Positions 8,732-19,385 are shown, numbered from the stretch's first letter. The stretch: 64,000 nucleotides of DNA from an uncultured cyanobacterium (GCA_963793425.1 CAWCAG010000005.1:1408001-1472000), one strand, 5' to 3'. Numbers and translations are program-made. The notes: generated by a model from the letters alone, not told the origin.

Positions 8732-10174
8732 TCAAACTCCCCTCAACTTTGCACTCAACTCATGTTTAATCCGATTCAGAATAGAAGTCTCATCCAAAGA
8801 CTCTAAAATGCGCGTCACCACAGCTTTGGGGCCATCAGCCCCCCAAGAAGCACCGTTAGCTAAATATTCTTTGGTTACTTGACAAATACCGTAGGTGGAA
8901 ACTCCTGCAACTCCTGCTTGGGTAATCGCCACAGAAATATAGGGGGCTAGGGATACTCCTCCTGTCGCAGGAGCAGAAAGACCTAAAATACCTTTCAGGG
9001 AACTTAAGCCTAAATTGGCGAACAGTTCGCTAGCACTAATTCCTCCCATGCTGATGGCAATTTTTTGTAACAACCCTATTGCCCCCTGCTGAGTCATGGA
9101 GATGCCGTAAAGCTTAGAAAGGGTTAAAATCGCTGCTACATCAATTACCGCCCCGGTAAACAAGTCTACGGCGGTAACGGGATTGCAGGCGATCGCAACG
9201 GCTTTTGCCATCACTGCTTTGAGGATAATTTGGTTAGCGGCTTCTTCCCGGATTTCCATTTTACGCTGTACCAATTGTTCATTAACTTCGTCAGCGTAAA
9301 GCATGGTATTGAGGGCAACTAAGGATTTACCTTCTTGGTGCAAAATCTCTAATATTTTTAACTTCAATTCTGCCATTTGCCCCTCTCCCTGAACCCTTTG
9401 CAGTTTCACACTGCCATCAGCAAGACGTTCTGCTTTAGCAACTAAAGGAGAAGCCGCAACCATGACAATCTCATCAGGAGAAAGTAATTCTCGTACTCTT
9501 TGGTCGCGAATGGTACGATAAATTAACTCCCGGTCAGCATCAGGATATTGATCAATTTTGTTAAACACCAAAACCATTGGTTTACCAACTTCCCTTAATT
9601 GGGAAAGGGCGCTATATTCTACTTTGGTAATATCTCCAGCAACAACAAACAAAATTAAATCTGCTTGTTTAGCAATTTGATGGGCTAAAGCTTCGCGAGT
9701 TTCCCCATCAACCTCATCAATGCCTGGAGTATCAATAAGTTGAATTTGTGAGTCTCCTACCCCCGGTAAAGCCACCCGTAAAACATTCTTTTCACTATCA
9801 CCAATACTTTCTGTATCCACTTGCCAGTTAGCGCTGTTGATAGTTTGAGTTACACCATGTAAAGGACCGGTTTCAAAGATATTCTCCCCCAAGAGTGCAT
9901 TAAGTACAGAAGATTTGCCCCTCCCCACCATACCAAAAGCGGCAATTTGCACGACAGCTTGATCTAACTTATCGAGCATAGCTTTTAAATGGTCAATTTC
10001 TGCTTCTAAGCCTGCTTGTTCGGTGGAAGTTAAATCGAGTTTGTTAACTAAGTTATGGAGAGATTTTTGAGCTTGTTTATAGTTTAATTCTTCTTGAATT
10101 TCTGTAAAACCAAGAATAGCGTTATCTAATTCTTCTGGTTTCCAGTTAGAGAAGTCAGGGAGTGGCTCAGACAT
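8732..10174 (-). CDS. GTP-binding protein (Era/HSR1-like) with DUF697 C-terminus
   Basis: G1 GMVGRGKSS, G3 DTPG, G4 NKID; likely start MSEPLP at 10174. Confidence 0.85.
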   Translation of the reverse strand: MSEPLPDFSNWKPEELDNAILGFTEIQEELNYKQAQKSLHNLVNKLDLTSTEQAGLEAEIDHLKAMLDKLDQAVVQIAAFGMVGRGKSSVLNALLGENIFETGPLHGVTQTINSANWQVDTESIGDSEKNVLRVALPGVGDSQIQLIDTPGIDEVDGETREALAHQIAKQADLILFVVAGDITKVEYSALSQLREVGKPMVLVFNKIDQYPDADRELIYRTIRDQRVRELLSPDEIVMVAASPLVAKAERLADGSVKLQRVQGEGQMAELKLKILEILHQEGKSLVALNTMLYADEVNEQLVQRKMEIREEAANQIILKAVMAKAVAIACNPVTAVDLFTGAVIDVAAILTLSKLYGISMTQQGAIGLLQKIAISMGGISASELFANLGLSSLKGILGLSAPATGGVSLAPYISVAITQAGVAGVSTYGICQVTKEYLANGASWGADGPKAVVTRILESLDETSILNRIKHELSAKLRGV

Positions 10175-10277
10175 AGGTAAATTAGCATTTGCAAAATTAA
10201 ATTTATTCAGGCAAGGCAGCTTTATAATATTAGGTATGAGCATATAGTTGAGGAGCATAAATTGAGTTTTAATAGGT

Positions 10278-10699
10278 ATGCCTAGCAAAGATATTTACCA
10301 TGATTGCGTTAAACGAGCGTTAATAAACGATGGTTGGACAATTACAGACGATCCCTTGAGCCTAAAAGTTAGCAAAAAAAGCTCTATTCGTTGATTTAGC
10401 AGCCAAGAAACTATTGATAGCAGAAAAGCAAGAACAAAAAATAGCGGTAGAAGTTAAAAGTTTTATTAGCTTATCTGAAATAGAGGATCTTATAAAATGC
10501 CCTTGGTCAATATATCCTATATAAAAAGATTCTAGAACGTCAACTATCAGAGCGTGTACTTTATTTAGCTATTCGTGATTCAGTGTTTAAACGCTTGTTC
10601 ATTCAAGAAATTGGTCAGATATTGTTAGAAGATCAGACGTTAAAGCTGATCGTATTTGAGCCAGAAATCAGAAAGTATACTCAGTTTGCTAGTTGCTAA
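10278..10699 (+). pseudogene. xisH: XisH-family protein, two frameshifts
   Basis: Manual translation: MPSKDIYHDCVKRALINDGWTITDDPL.. / ..LFVDLAAKKLLIAEKQEQKIAVEVKSF.. / NALGQYILY..LYLAI..LKLIVFEP. Shifts at the A-run near 10375-10381 and near 10493. Confidence 0.85.
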
Positions 10700-10825
10700 T
10701 GGTTAATGGCCATTGTTGACAATTTAAGGTTTTGTGTAATTGGTCAAATACCTATTCACAAAGGCTTTTCGCCTTCTTCAAACTTACTGAATAGCCAATA
10801 GGCATAAATAACTCTGTGGGACTAC

Positions 10826-11089
10826 TCAACAACGAAAAATCGACCATTGCTCAGCATCCGAGGTGGGCTTGTTGACAACCTCCACAGCAGAATGAGTTTC
10901 TATCCATAAACTCGCTCCACAATCTCTAGTTTTGTAGGGCTGATAAACAATGCGGCAATAGCCAAATATCTCTAATTCGTGACCAAAAATATTCCGATTA
11001 CTGCCTGGTTTGATACTGACTACTGTCCTTAAAGGAATTTCATCTCCACCACTTTTTTTAATATCTAGATCATTGAATTTAATGTGCAT
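10826..11089 (-). CDS. Hypothetical protein homologous to the C-terminal domain of 33018-33446
   Basis: NIFGHELEIFGYCRIVYQP....CGASLWIET versus NIYAHQADIKGPCRIIYSR....GGARLWIET. Confidence 0.65.
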   Translation of the reverse strand: MHIKFNDLDIKKSGGDEIPLRTVVSIKPGSNRNIFGHELEIFGYCRIVYQPYKTRDCGASLWIETHSAVEVVNKPTSDAEQWSIFRC

Positions 11090-11157
11090 CGGAACAGTAG
11101 TTTACACTGAATTAGGGGCAAAAAAGCAAGACTTTTTTGCTAAAAGAGAAATGGTTT

Positions 11158-12408
11158 TTAAAAACTTGATCTCAGTCGGGAGTTAGCCACTGCTTCTACT
11201 AAGCCGATAGAAAGAAAGTTAGTTAACAAAGCTGAACGTCCATAGCTTAGGAAGGGTAGGGGAATACCTGTAATAGGTGCTAAACCAATTGTCATACTAA
11301 TGTTGAGGATGGTTTGGAAGGCAATCATCGAAAGTACCCCAATTGCTAGTAAAGAACCAAAATCTTCTTGGGCATTAACAGCGATAATCACTAAACGTAG
11401 ACAAATTAAAGAGAAGGCAAATAAAAGCACGATACAACCAATAAAACCCCATTCTTCCCCTACCGCAGAAAAGATAAAGTCTGTATGTTGTTCTGGAATA
11501 AAGTCAAGTTGGGTTTGAGTTCCTCCGGTAAGCCCTCTTCCCCATAGTTCCCCAGAACCAATAGCAATACGAGATTGAATTAAGTGGTAACCTGTACCTA
11601 AAGCGTCTTTAGAAGGGTCTAGGAAGGAGGTGATACGGGCTTTTTGATAGTCTTGGAGAACTTCTTGCCAAAGATAGAAGCTGAATCCTCCGACAGCACC
11701 ATTAATCCCCAAGGCGATCCCGCTACTTATCCATTTCCAAGGTAGGGTTAGCCAAGCTGTTAAAGCCATTAAAGCCAACCAAGCACACCAAGCGGGGAAG
11801 TAGACGTTAAATAAAATGGCAGAGGCGATGGGAGAAATCATTAAAACTAGCCAACCAGGATTTGCCCCACCCCAAAATAGCATACCTAAAGTGATCGCCC
11901 CAAATACTAAAGAGGTTCCTAAATCAGGCTGGATGAAGATTAACAGCCAAGGTACAGCGGTAATAGCTAGAGTCCGAAAAACTGCCCCCAAGGTAGAAGC
12001 TGGGCGTTGGTGAAGCAAAGCTGCTAGGGTGATGATTACCCCTAATTTGGCGAATTCTGAAGGTTGTACTTCTATCCCGCCTAAATCAAGCCAACTTTGC
12101 GCCCCATTGGTTCTTGTACCAAAGAATTTTACCGCGAGAAGGAGAAAGTTGGTTGCACCATAAATAAACCAGTGCCAATGAATTAAGACTTCATAACGCA
12201 ACCGGGCAATGATCGCACCACAACCAATGCCCACTATGCCAGCGGTTAGATGTTTTAAATAATAGTCTGCTCCATCGTTAGTGCTGTAGATTACTAGTCC
12301 ACCAAAGGCTGTTACCCCCACGATTAAACCGAATAGCATCCAGTCTATATTTTGCCAGGGGCTAAGGAAGGACTTCCATTTGAAACTAGTTAGGGTTCTC
12401 TGTATCAT
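11158..12408 (-). CDS. rodA: Rod shape-determining protein RodA (SEDS family)
   Basis: QPSEFAK, QPDLGT, GYHLIQSRIAIGSG, IPEQHTDFIF, TGIPLPFLSYG. Confidence 0.93.
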   Translation of the reverse strand: MIQRTLTSFKWKSFLSPWQNIDWMLFGLIVGVTAFGGLVIYSTNDGADYYLKHLTAGIVGIGCGAIIARLRYEVLIHWHWFIYGATNFLLLAVKFFGTRTNGAQSWLDLGGIEVQPSEFAKLGVIITLAALLHQRPASTLGAVFRTLAITAVPWLLIFIQPDLGTSLVFGAITLGMLFWGGANPGWLVLMISPIASAILFNVYFPAWCAWLALMALTAWLTLPWKWISSGIALGINGAVGGFSFYLWQEVLQDYQKARITSFLDPSKDALGTGYHLIQSRIAIGSGELWGRGLTGGTQTQLDFIPEQHTDFIFSAVGEEWGFIGCIVLLFAFSLICLRLVIIAVNAQEDFGSLLAIGVLSMIAFQTILNISMTIGLAPITGIPLPFLSYGRSALLTNFLSIGLVEAVANSRLRSSF

Positions 12409-12490
12409 CTAACAATTGATGGTTAAGTAAATGGGCAAGGTAAGAGAGATTTATTTTGCCAGAAAGGTTTTTTTCTCTGTTTGTTCCTTC

Positions 12491-13552
12491 TTAAGCAAAA
12501 GCAGCTAGGGAAACTTTTCCGGCAATTACCTTCGCAATTTCAACTAACGCTCTCGCGGAGGGAGAATCAGGATTTTCGACAACAATTGGTATGCCGCGAT
12601 CGCCTCCTTCCCGTAAAGAGATTTCTAAGGGGATGCAACCCAATAAAGGAACTTCTAATTCTTGGGAGGTTTTTTCCCCTCCTCCAGAGCCAAATAAATC
12701 ATAGCTACAATCCGGTCGATCTGGCGGTATAAAATAACTCATATTTTCGACAATTCCGAGGACATTTACCCCCAGTTGCTGGAACATTTTTAGGCCGCGA
12801 CGGGCATCAATTAAGGAGACGTTTTGGGGAGTAGTAACAATAACTGTACCTGCCATCGGTACAGCTTGGGCTAAGGTTAGTTGGGCATCTCCTGTCCCAG
12901 GGGGCATATCCACAATCAGATAATCCAACTCTCCCCACTCTACCTGATAAAGAAATTGGCGAATAATACCATTAAGCATGGGACCACGCCAAATTACTGG
13001 TTGGTCTGGATCTATGAGAAAGCCCATAGAAACTAATTTAACACCGTAGTTAAAGGCCGGTTCTAAAATATCTCCTTGCGCCCCTTTTTGTACCTTGATT
13101 TTTGCCTTGGCTAGTCCTAACATAGTGGGGGCATTGGGACCATAAATATCTGCATCTAATAAGCCAACTTTTGCTCCAGTTTGTGCTAGGGCGACGGCGA
13201 CGTTTACCGCAACGCTACTTTTACCAACTCCCCCTTTACCGCTAGAAATGGCGACAATATTTTTAATGCCAGGAATGGATTGGCGATCTGCTACAGATTT
13301 TTGTTGAGGAGTTTCTGCGGTTACTTCTACTTCTACTTCTTCGACACCAGGTAGTTTCTTGACTGCTTTTTGACAATCTTCGACAATAAATTCTCTTAAA
13401 GGACAAGCCGGAGTAGTTAATACTAAGGTGAAACTAACTTTATTTCCTTCAATATTAACATTGCGAATCATATTCAATTCCACCAAACTTTTCTGTAGTT
13501 CAGGGTCTTGTACTGGTCGCAATATTTCTAAAACTGATTCTTTATTAAGCAT
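12491..13552 (-). CDS. mrp: Mrp/NBP35 (ApbC) Fe-S cluster carrier ATPase
   Basis: LTTPACP, SGKGGVGKS, DADIYGP, WRGPML, DMPPGTGD, ENMS. Confidence 0.95.
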   Translation of the reverse strand: MLNKESVLEILRPVQDPELQKSLVELNMIRNVNIEGNKVSFTLVLTTPACPLREFIVEDCQKAVKKLPGVEEVEVEVTAETPQQKSVADRQSIPGIKNIVAISSGKGGVGKSSVAVNVAVALAQTGAKVGLLDADIYGPNAPTMLGLAKAKIKVQKGAQGDILEPAFNYGVKLVSMGFLIDPDQPVIWRGPMLNGIIRQFLYQVEWGELDYLIVDMPPGTGDAQLTLAQAVPMAGTVIVTTPQNVSLIDARRGLKMFQQLGVNVLGIVENMSYFIPPDRPDCSYDLFGSGGGEKTSQELEVPLLGCIPLEISLREGGDRGIPIVVENPDSPSARALVEIAKVIAGKVSLAAFA

Positions 13553-13666
13553 AGGGAACGGGGAACAGGATATTTAATATAAAGTTGAGTAATTAAGTTG
13601 CTTAAACTAGTAGCTTACATTTGAGTCTAACAAATGTTGTGATCTTCTCCTCATCTCCCCATCTCC

Positions 13667-14197
13667 CTATCTCCCCAAAGCCGACACAATAGAAGGATTA
13701 ATGTTTAGGTAACGCACCACCAAACGATGTAACCAAATATTCCACAAAGCCATTGAAACTGCTGTGGCGATTCCAGCCCCCAAAATACCTAACCAAGGAA
13801 TACCAATCAGATTAAGCATGATGTTGACCCCAGTACACCAACCCATTACCTTCTAGCGATAGAAGAAACTAATTGTTGCAAGCCCTGAAAATCTTTTTCT
13901 GCGTAGAGAGAAGCAAAAAGAGGAGCGGCGATCGCATTAACTGCAATTAAAATAAAGTTGACCCAAGCTGCGGTTTTGAGAAACGGCATTAGGAAATCCT
14001 AATCCAGCCAGAAAGCCCAGCAAGAGACTCAAAGCAGTTACATATTCATAAATGCCATACTCTTTTACTCCTAACCAACGAGCAAGAAACAGTCTTGAAG
14101 TATAAGCAATGCCAAGACTTAAAAGTTGTACAACTAAGGCACTTCCTGTACCTCTAGCAAGTGTTTTTAGTAATCCCAATTGCTTAAATTGCATCAA
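13667..14197 (-). pseudogene. Wzx-type polysaccharide flippase remnant with two large internal deletions
   Basis: Three collinear fragments: N-terminus (LARGTGS...LARWLGVKEYGIY), middle (AVNAIAAPLFASLYAEKDFQGLQQLVS, about 13855-13945) and C-terminus (VNIMLNLIGIPWLGILGAGIATAVS...SALGR*, 13667-13852). Confidence 0.8.
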
Positions 14198-14362
14198 ACC
14201 GCTTCGCAGAAATTAGGGGCGAAACGTCTTATTGTAGAGTTAAGTTACTCCCTTGCCTCAGTAACAATTATTGCTCCGGTTAAATATTTAGGCAAAAACG
14301 GGAACAGTACTTGGGGTAGATGAACGTCTAGGTATTTATCTGCTGAGGTACTTTTCGTTATT

Positions 14363-15784
14363 ATGATTCAAAATTTCTCTTCTCAAAGTTCTCCCTTTCT
14401 CAAATTAACCATTTTCTGTTTTTCTTTGTTATTACTGTCAGGGATAGGCAGTTGTCAAGGGAAGATAGGGGAAACGGAGTCTAAGAGTCTTGTTGAAGTC
14501 TTGAAATACGAAGCTAGACAAAATCGTAAATATGCTAGCCAAACCAAAACCTATCAAGGTTTAGAAGCTATCCCTAATTTTATTGCAGATTTGCAAGCAG
14601 AAGATAAAGAAGTTCGTTCCGCTGCGGCTGTCGCTTTGGGTATTATGGGTGCAAAGGAACCTTCAGAGGCCTCAACTTTAGTTCCTCCTTTGAAATTAGC
14701 TTTACAGGATACTGAAGCTGTGGTGCGTTACTCTGCTGCCCTAGCTTTAGGAAGAATTGGGGCAACCTCTGCTGATCCTACGACTATTGTCGAAGCCTTA
14801 ATCACGGCTACAGAAGATCGCAATTCTCAAGTACGAGACTCCGCTACGATTTCCCTGGCGAGAATTGGCAGAAAAGACCCTTTAGTTGTACCAGCTTTAA
14901 TTGCATCCTTGCAAGATAAAAATGTTGGTGTACGTAGTACCGGGGCAGAAGCTTTAGCGAGAATTGGGAAAAAAGACCCTTTGGTTATTCCTGGTTTTGT
15001 GGCTACTTTACAAGCGAATGAAGCTCATGTTCGCTCCATTGCTGCCTACGGTTTAGGATATATGGGGGCAGAAGCTTCTAGTACTATTCCTGAACTTATT
15101 ACGGCTATAGTAGATCCTCATCCCAGAGTACGCAGGGCTGCCACTACAGCTTTGGGAAGAATTAGTAAAGAGCCAGTATTAACTGTTCCAGCTTTAATTG
15201 TCGCTTTAACTGATGAAGATTCTCAAGTACGCAGCATAGCTATTTCTTCTCTGCAAAAAATTAGTCAGCAAGACTCCTCCGTAATTCTGGTTTTATTAGC
15301 AGAACTCAAAGATGAGGATGCTGAGGTACGGGAAGGGGTTGCTACAGCCTTGAAAAGAGTTAAAGCTGAACCTTCTTTAGTTATTCCTGCTTTGTTAGAA
15401 GCTTTAGGGGATGAAAATGAGGAGGTACGCAGAGCCGCAGCCCTTACTTTAGGCAAAATAGAATCAAGAAATTCTGCTGTTATCCCAGGGTTGGTGACAG
15501 CTTTTCAGCAGGGGAATCCTCAAGTACAACAAAGTGCTAGCTTAGCTTTGCAAGAAATCGGTAGTTCCGCTACTCCTGCGGTTATATCGATAATTTTCCA
15601 TGGTAATGGAGAAATTCGTTCCCGCGCGATCGCCTTAACTTGGCAATTAATTCGCCTCCAGGTTCTTTACTGCACAGCTTTAACTATAATAGTTAGTCTA
15701 ATCGTTTTCCTCCTCCGCAATCCGCAAATTATTATTAATTTCTTATTCCTGCCCCCAGAAGAAACGGTTGTCAGTGATCAGTGA
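14363..15784 (+). CDS. HEAT-repeat protein with possible lipoprotein signal and C-terminal hydrophobic helix
   Basis: About 10 repeats of L.D....VR..AA.ALG; N-terminal LLLLSGIGSC; hydrophobic ALTIIVSLIVFLL. Confidence 0.85.
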   Translation: MIQNFSSQSSPFLKLTIFCFSLLLLSGIGSCQGKIGETESKSLVEVLKYEARQNRKYASQTKTYQGLEAIPNFIADLQAEDKEVRSAAAVALGIMGAKEPSEASTLVPPLKLALQDTEAVVRYSAALALGRIGATSADPTTIVEALITATEDRNSQVRDSATISLARIGRKDPLVVPALIASLQDKNVGVRSTGAEALARIGKKDPLVIPGFVATLQANEAHVRSIAAYGLGYMGAEASSTIPELITAIVDPHPRVRRAATTALGRISKEPVLTVPALIVALTDEDSQVRSIAISSLQKISQQDSSVILVLLAELKDEDAEVREGVATALKRVKAEPSLVIPALLEALGDENEEVRRAAALTLGKIESRNSAVIPGLVTAFQQGNPQVQQSASLALQEIGSSATPAVISIIFHGNGEIRSRAIALTWQLIRLQVLYCTALTIIVSLIVFLLRNPQIIINFLFLPPEETVVSDQ

Positions 15785-15919
15785 TCAATGTACGGCTTGC
15801 TTTTGCTGTTAGGCATCAATATGACAATTCCTAATAACTTGGCTAGCCGTTTTCCAGGTATGATCAATAAATTCAGGGTTCAAATTTTGGGCTGCCCGTT
15901 TGTTATCTTTTGACTTGCT

Positions 15920-17572
15920 ATGAATAAAAAAGACTCTAAGCAAATTTGGCTTTATGATACAACTTTAAGAGATGGTTCCCAAGGTGAGGGATTATCTTTA
16001 TCTTTAGAAGATAAGTTGAAAATTGCTCGCAGATTAGATGAAATGGGCATTCCTTTTATTGAAGGAGGCTGGCCTGGAGCTAACCCAAAGGATGTACAAT
16101 TTTTCTGGCAGTTAAAGGAACAACCTCTTAAACAAGCTGAAGTCGTCGCTTTTTGTTCTACCCGTCGTCCCCAGGTTAAAGCCGCTGAGGATCGGATGTT
16201 ACAAGGGATTTTAGCAGCGGGAACCCGTTGGGTAACTATTTTCGGCAAATCTTGGGATCTTCATGTCACAGAGGGCTTGAAGACAAGCTTAGCAGAGAAT
16301 TTAGCGATGATTGGCGACACCATTGAGTTTTTGCGAAGTCAAGGACGTAGGGTAATCTACGACGGGGAACATTGGTTTGATGGCTATAAAAATAATCCTG
16401 AATATGCCCTGAAAACTCTACAAACAGCAATTACCGCCGGGGCAGAATGGTTAGTTTTTTGTGATACCAATGGGGGGACTTTGCCCCAAGAAATTAGTGC
16501 CATTGTTCAGGAAGTTGTTATTAAACTGAATTTAATCAATCTCTCTCCAACTCCCCAACCCCAACTCGGCATCCACACCCACAATGACTCTGGTACAGCC
16601 GTTGCTAATGCCTTAGCTGCGGTAGGAGAAGGAGTAACCATGGTGCAAGGTACAATTAATGGTTACGGGGAACGTTGCGGCAATGCTAACCTTTGTACCC
16701 TCATCCCTAATTTGCAACTCAAACTAGGGTATCAATGTCTTGAGAGTGAACAATTAACGCAACTAACCCCCACCAGCCGCATCATTAGCGAAATTGTTAA
16801 CCTAGCCCCCGATGATGGCGCACCTTTTGTCGGACGTTCTGCTTTTGCCCACAAAGGAGGGATTCACGTCTCTGCGGTGCAACGCAACCCCTTAACCTAC
16901 GAACATATTCAACCAGAAGCTATTGGCAATGAACGCAGAATTGTGATTTCTGAGCAATCAGGGCTGAGTAATGTTTTAGAAAAAGCTCGTGATTTTGGCT
17001 TGGAGTTGCAGAAAAAAGATCCTGCCTGTAGACAAATTTTAGAACGGCTTAAGGATTTAGAACACCAAGGCTATCAATTTGAGGCGGCTGAAGCTAGTTT
17101 TGAATTGTTGATGCGTTCGGCTTTAGCACAACGTCAAGAGATGTTTCAGCTTAAGGGTTTCCAGGTTCATTGCGATATGCAAGAATCTGTCAATAAAGGT
17201 GACAGCAAGGCTTTGGCAACTATCAAAGTGGCTGTTGATGGTAAAGATATCCTAGAAGTGGCAGAAGGCAATGGCCCTGTTTCTGCTTTAGATGCAGCTT
17301 TAAGAAAAGCTTTGGTTAAATTTTACCCAGAAATTGCCGCTTTCCAGCTTACAGATTATAAGGTGAGGATTCTTGATGGTGAAGCAGGTACTTCAGCAAA
17401 AACCCGCGTTTTAGTTGAATCGAGTAATGGAGAAAAGCGTTGGACAACTGTTGGTGTATCTAGCAATATTTTAGACGCTTCTTACCAAGCTGTGGTGGAA
17501 GGTATTGAGTATGGTTTGTTGCTTGATTCTGCTAAGGTTGCCGTGTCTTTGAGTGAAGGGGTGAGGGGGTAA
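15920..17572 (+). CDS. cimA: Citramalate synthase (LeuA/CimA family)
   Basis: YDTTLRDGSQGEG, GGWPGANPKD, HTHND, GERCGNANL, AHKGGIHVSAV, GNGPVSALD. Confidence 0.92.
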   Translation: MNKKDSKQIWLYDTTLRDGSQGEGLSLSLEDKLKIARRLDEMGIPFIEGGWPGANPKDVQFFWQLKEQPLKQAEVVAFCSTRRPQVKAAEDRMLQGILAAGTRWVTIFGKSWDLHVTEGLKTSLAENLAMIGDTIEFLRSQGRRVIYDGEHWFDGYKNNPEYALKTLQTAITAGAEWLVFCDTNGGTLPQEISAIVQEVVIKLNLINLSPTPQPQLGIHTHNDSGTAVANALAAVGEGVTMVQGTINGYGERCGNANLCTLIPNLQLKLGYQCLESEQLTQLTPTSRIISEIVNLAPDDGAPFVGRSAFAHKGGIHVSAVQRNPLTYEHIQPEAIGNERRIVISEQSGLSNVLEKARDFGLELQKKDPACRQILERLKDLEHQGYQFEAAEASFELLMRSALAQRQEMFQLKGFQVHCDMQESVNKGDSKALATIKVAVDGKDILEVAEGNGPVSALDAALRKALVKFYPEIAAFQLTDYKVRILDGEAGTSAKTRVLVESSNGEKRWTTVGVSSNILDASYQAVVEGIEYGLLLDSAKVAVSLSEGVRG

Positions 17573-17584
17573 ACTTTAATTGAT

Positions 17585-17649
17585 TAAAGGGAATCCCCGT
17601 CTCTAGCCTCCGGCAACCATAAGCGCGAACAGAGCGGGGAGGATGTCAA
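17585..17649 (+). mobile_element. IS200/IS605-family end remnant (palindrome-associated miniature element)
   Basis: GAATCCCCGTCTCT...AGAGCGGGGAGGATGTCAA hairpin ending in TCAA, preceded by TTGAT at 17580-17584. Confidence 0.6.
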
Positions 17650-17657
17650 GATCGAGG

Positions 17658-19385
17658 TTATATTGAGACAGGAATTCTCTTGATCATCTCAAACTGCTCA
17701 AAATCCCTTTGTAGAGGGCGCAAATCACGAGGTTGTGATGTTGGCTTAAATAAACCCTCCGCTTCCCAACAATGAGGATCTAAACTCATAGCTTGAACAT
17801 TAAGCCAAATTGGTTCAGAAAACTGACTTCGTAATTCTGGCATAGTGTCTTCTATGGCTAAGAGAAAAATCACCTGTGCTAACTCTTCTAAACGTTGGTA
17901 ATTTCTTTCTAAATCAGCTATCAACTCATCAACAGTTTTATTCGCTTGCAGATTACGGCCTCTCAACTCTTTTAAGAAAGATAGCTGACCATAATCGATA
18001 AATTCATAAGCCAACTTACCTTGAGATTTATTAGTCCAATCTAAACATAATCTGCCTATCGCCATTCCTAAGCTAGGAAACTTCATAGCAGCACTGTACC
18101 AAACTTGACGATGTTCTTCCCAAGTAAGATAGGGAGTATTCATAATAATAGGGGCAAAGGAACTTAAAAAGGCAGCAATATCCCAAATAAACTTCATTGC
18201 CATTATTCCTCCTTGATCTAAACAGGTATAATTAACTTCTTGAATAAAGGAAGCTGTACTATCACTAAAAGCTAAGTAAAAGAGATTTGCTTCCTCAATT
18301 ACTTTAGGGTTGAGGTTGTTTTCCCTCTCTAGCTTAATCAGCTTGGTTAGTAAAGAGTTGCCATAGGCAATTAAATCAATACCAGGGGAGTAAAAAGGAT
18401 CAGGGAAAGTTGCCGCTTCCCCGATACAACCCCAACGTTGTTCAGAAAATATTTGTGTCGCTGAGTAGCTATATTTGGGCATCTTCATAAAATCTTCTGG
18501 AGTTTTATCTTGAAGACGAGATGCTAAGACAGGTTCGTGGTTTCCTAACCACTGATAGGCTTGTTCGTAGTTACAAAGCAGTTTGAGGGGATGAAACTTT
18601 TCTTGGGCAACAATGCCAATGCTAGTATGTCCAGAAGCCAACGGAATTAACCAAATCCAATATCCTTGCCCACATAAATGATTGGTGGAAAGATATCTTT
18701 TTTCTCCGGGAACGCGGTTATGCCAACTTTGTTTAGTAACAGGAACAAAGTCATCTACGTTAATTTTTCCCTCAACCCGAAACCACACAGCGTTGAATCT
18801 CGGATCATTTGCTTTTCTCAAACCTAACTTAGTTTGTAAAAACCGACGACGACCCATGCCATCAATTAGCCAGGGTGTTTGACAAGTATGGGTGCTATGA
18901 TTGGAACCTTGAGTATAAGTAATTTGATGAAGAGATTCTGAACCATCCCCCAGGTGAACATCTTTAACAGTGCAACCTTCTAATATTGTTATACCTGTGG
19001 AACTATTTAACTCCCTTAAATAGTTTTCTAACCTACCGCGATTAATTTGGTAAGAATGGGGTGTCGGTTGAAATTCCCCTAAGCCAATTTCAGGTCTATT
19101 TTGAAATTCATCTTGACCATTACCAAAAAAGAAACGTAGACCTAATTTAGAGATGTATTGGTCACTCTCAAAGTAATTTTCTAACTGGAGAACTTTGCTA
19201 AGATAACAAGCCCCAGGATAAACCGTAGATTCTCCTACTTTATTAGTTACTTCTGATAAAGGTCTAGTTAATCGGTCGAGAATCAGAATAGAAAGATTGG
19301 GAATTTCTAATTTAAGTTGTCTGGCTAAGGTTAATCCCGCCAAACCGCCACCACAAATAACAACATCGTAGCTATTTTCAGCCAT
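17658..19385 (-). CDS. Flavin-dependent halogenase, McnD/ApdC/AerJ-like
   Basis: GGGLAG FAD-binding motif, KVGEST, KLGLRFFF (putative catalytic Lys), WIWLIP halogenase motif, FPDPFYSPG. Confidence 0.8.
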   Translation of the reverse strand: MAENSYDVVICGGGLAGLTLARQLKLEIPNLSILILDRLTRPLSEVTNKVGESTVYPGACYLSKVLQLENYFESDQYISKLGLRFFFGNGQDEFQNRPEIGLGEFQPTPHSYQINRGRLENYLRELNSSTGITILEGCTVKDVHLGDGSESLHQITYTQGSNHSTHTCQTPWLIDGMGRRRFLQTKLGLRKANDPRFNAVWFRVEGKINVDDFVPVTKQSWHNRVPGEKRYLSTNHLCGQGYWIWLIPLASGHTSIGIVAQEKFHPLKLLCNYEQAYQWLGNHEPVLASRLQDKTPEDFMKMPKYSYSATQIFSEQRWGCIGEAATFPDPFYSPGIDLIAYGNSLLTKLIKLERENNLNPKVIEEANLFYLAFSDSTASFIQEVNYTCLDQGGIMAMKFIWDIAAFLSSFAPIIMNTPYLTWEEHRQVWYSAAMKFPSLGMAIGRLCLDWTNKSQGKLAYEFIDYGQLSFLKELRGRNLQANKTVDELIADLERNYQRLEELAQVIFLLAIEDTMPELRSQFSEPIWLNVQAMSLDPHCWEAEGLFKPTSQPRDLRPLQRDFEQFEMIKRIPVSI

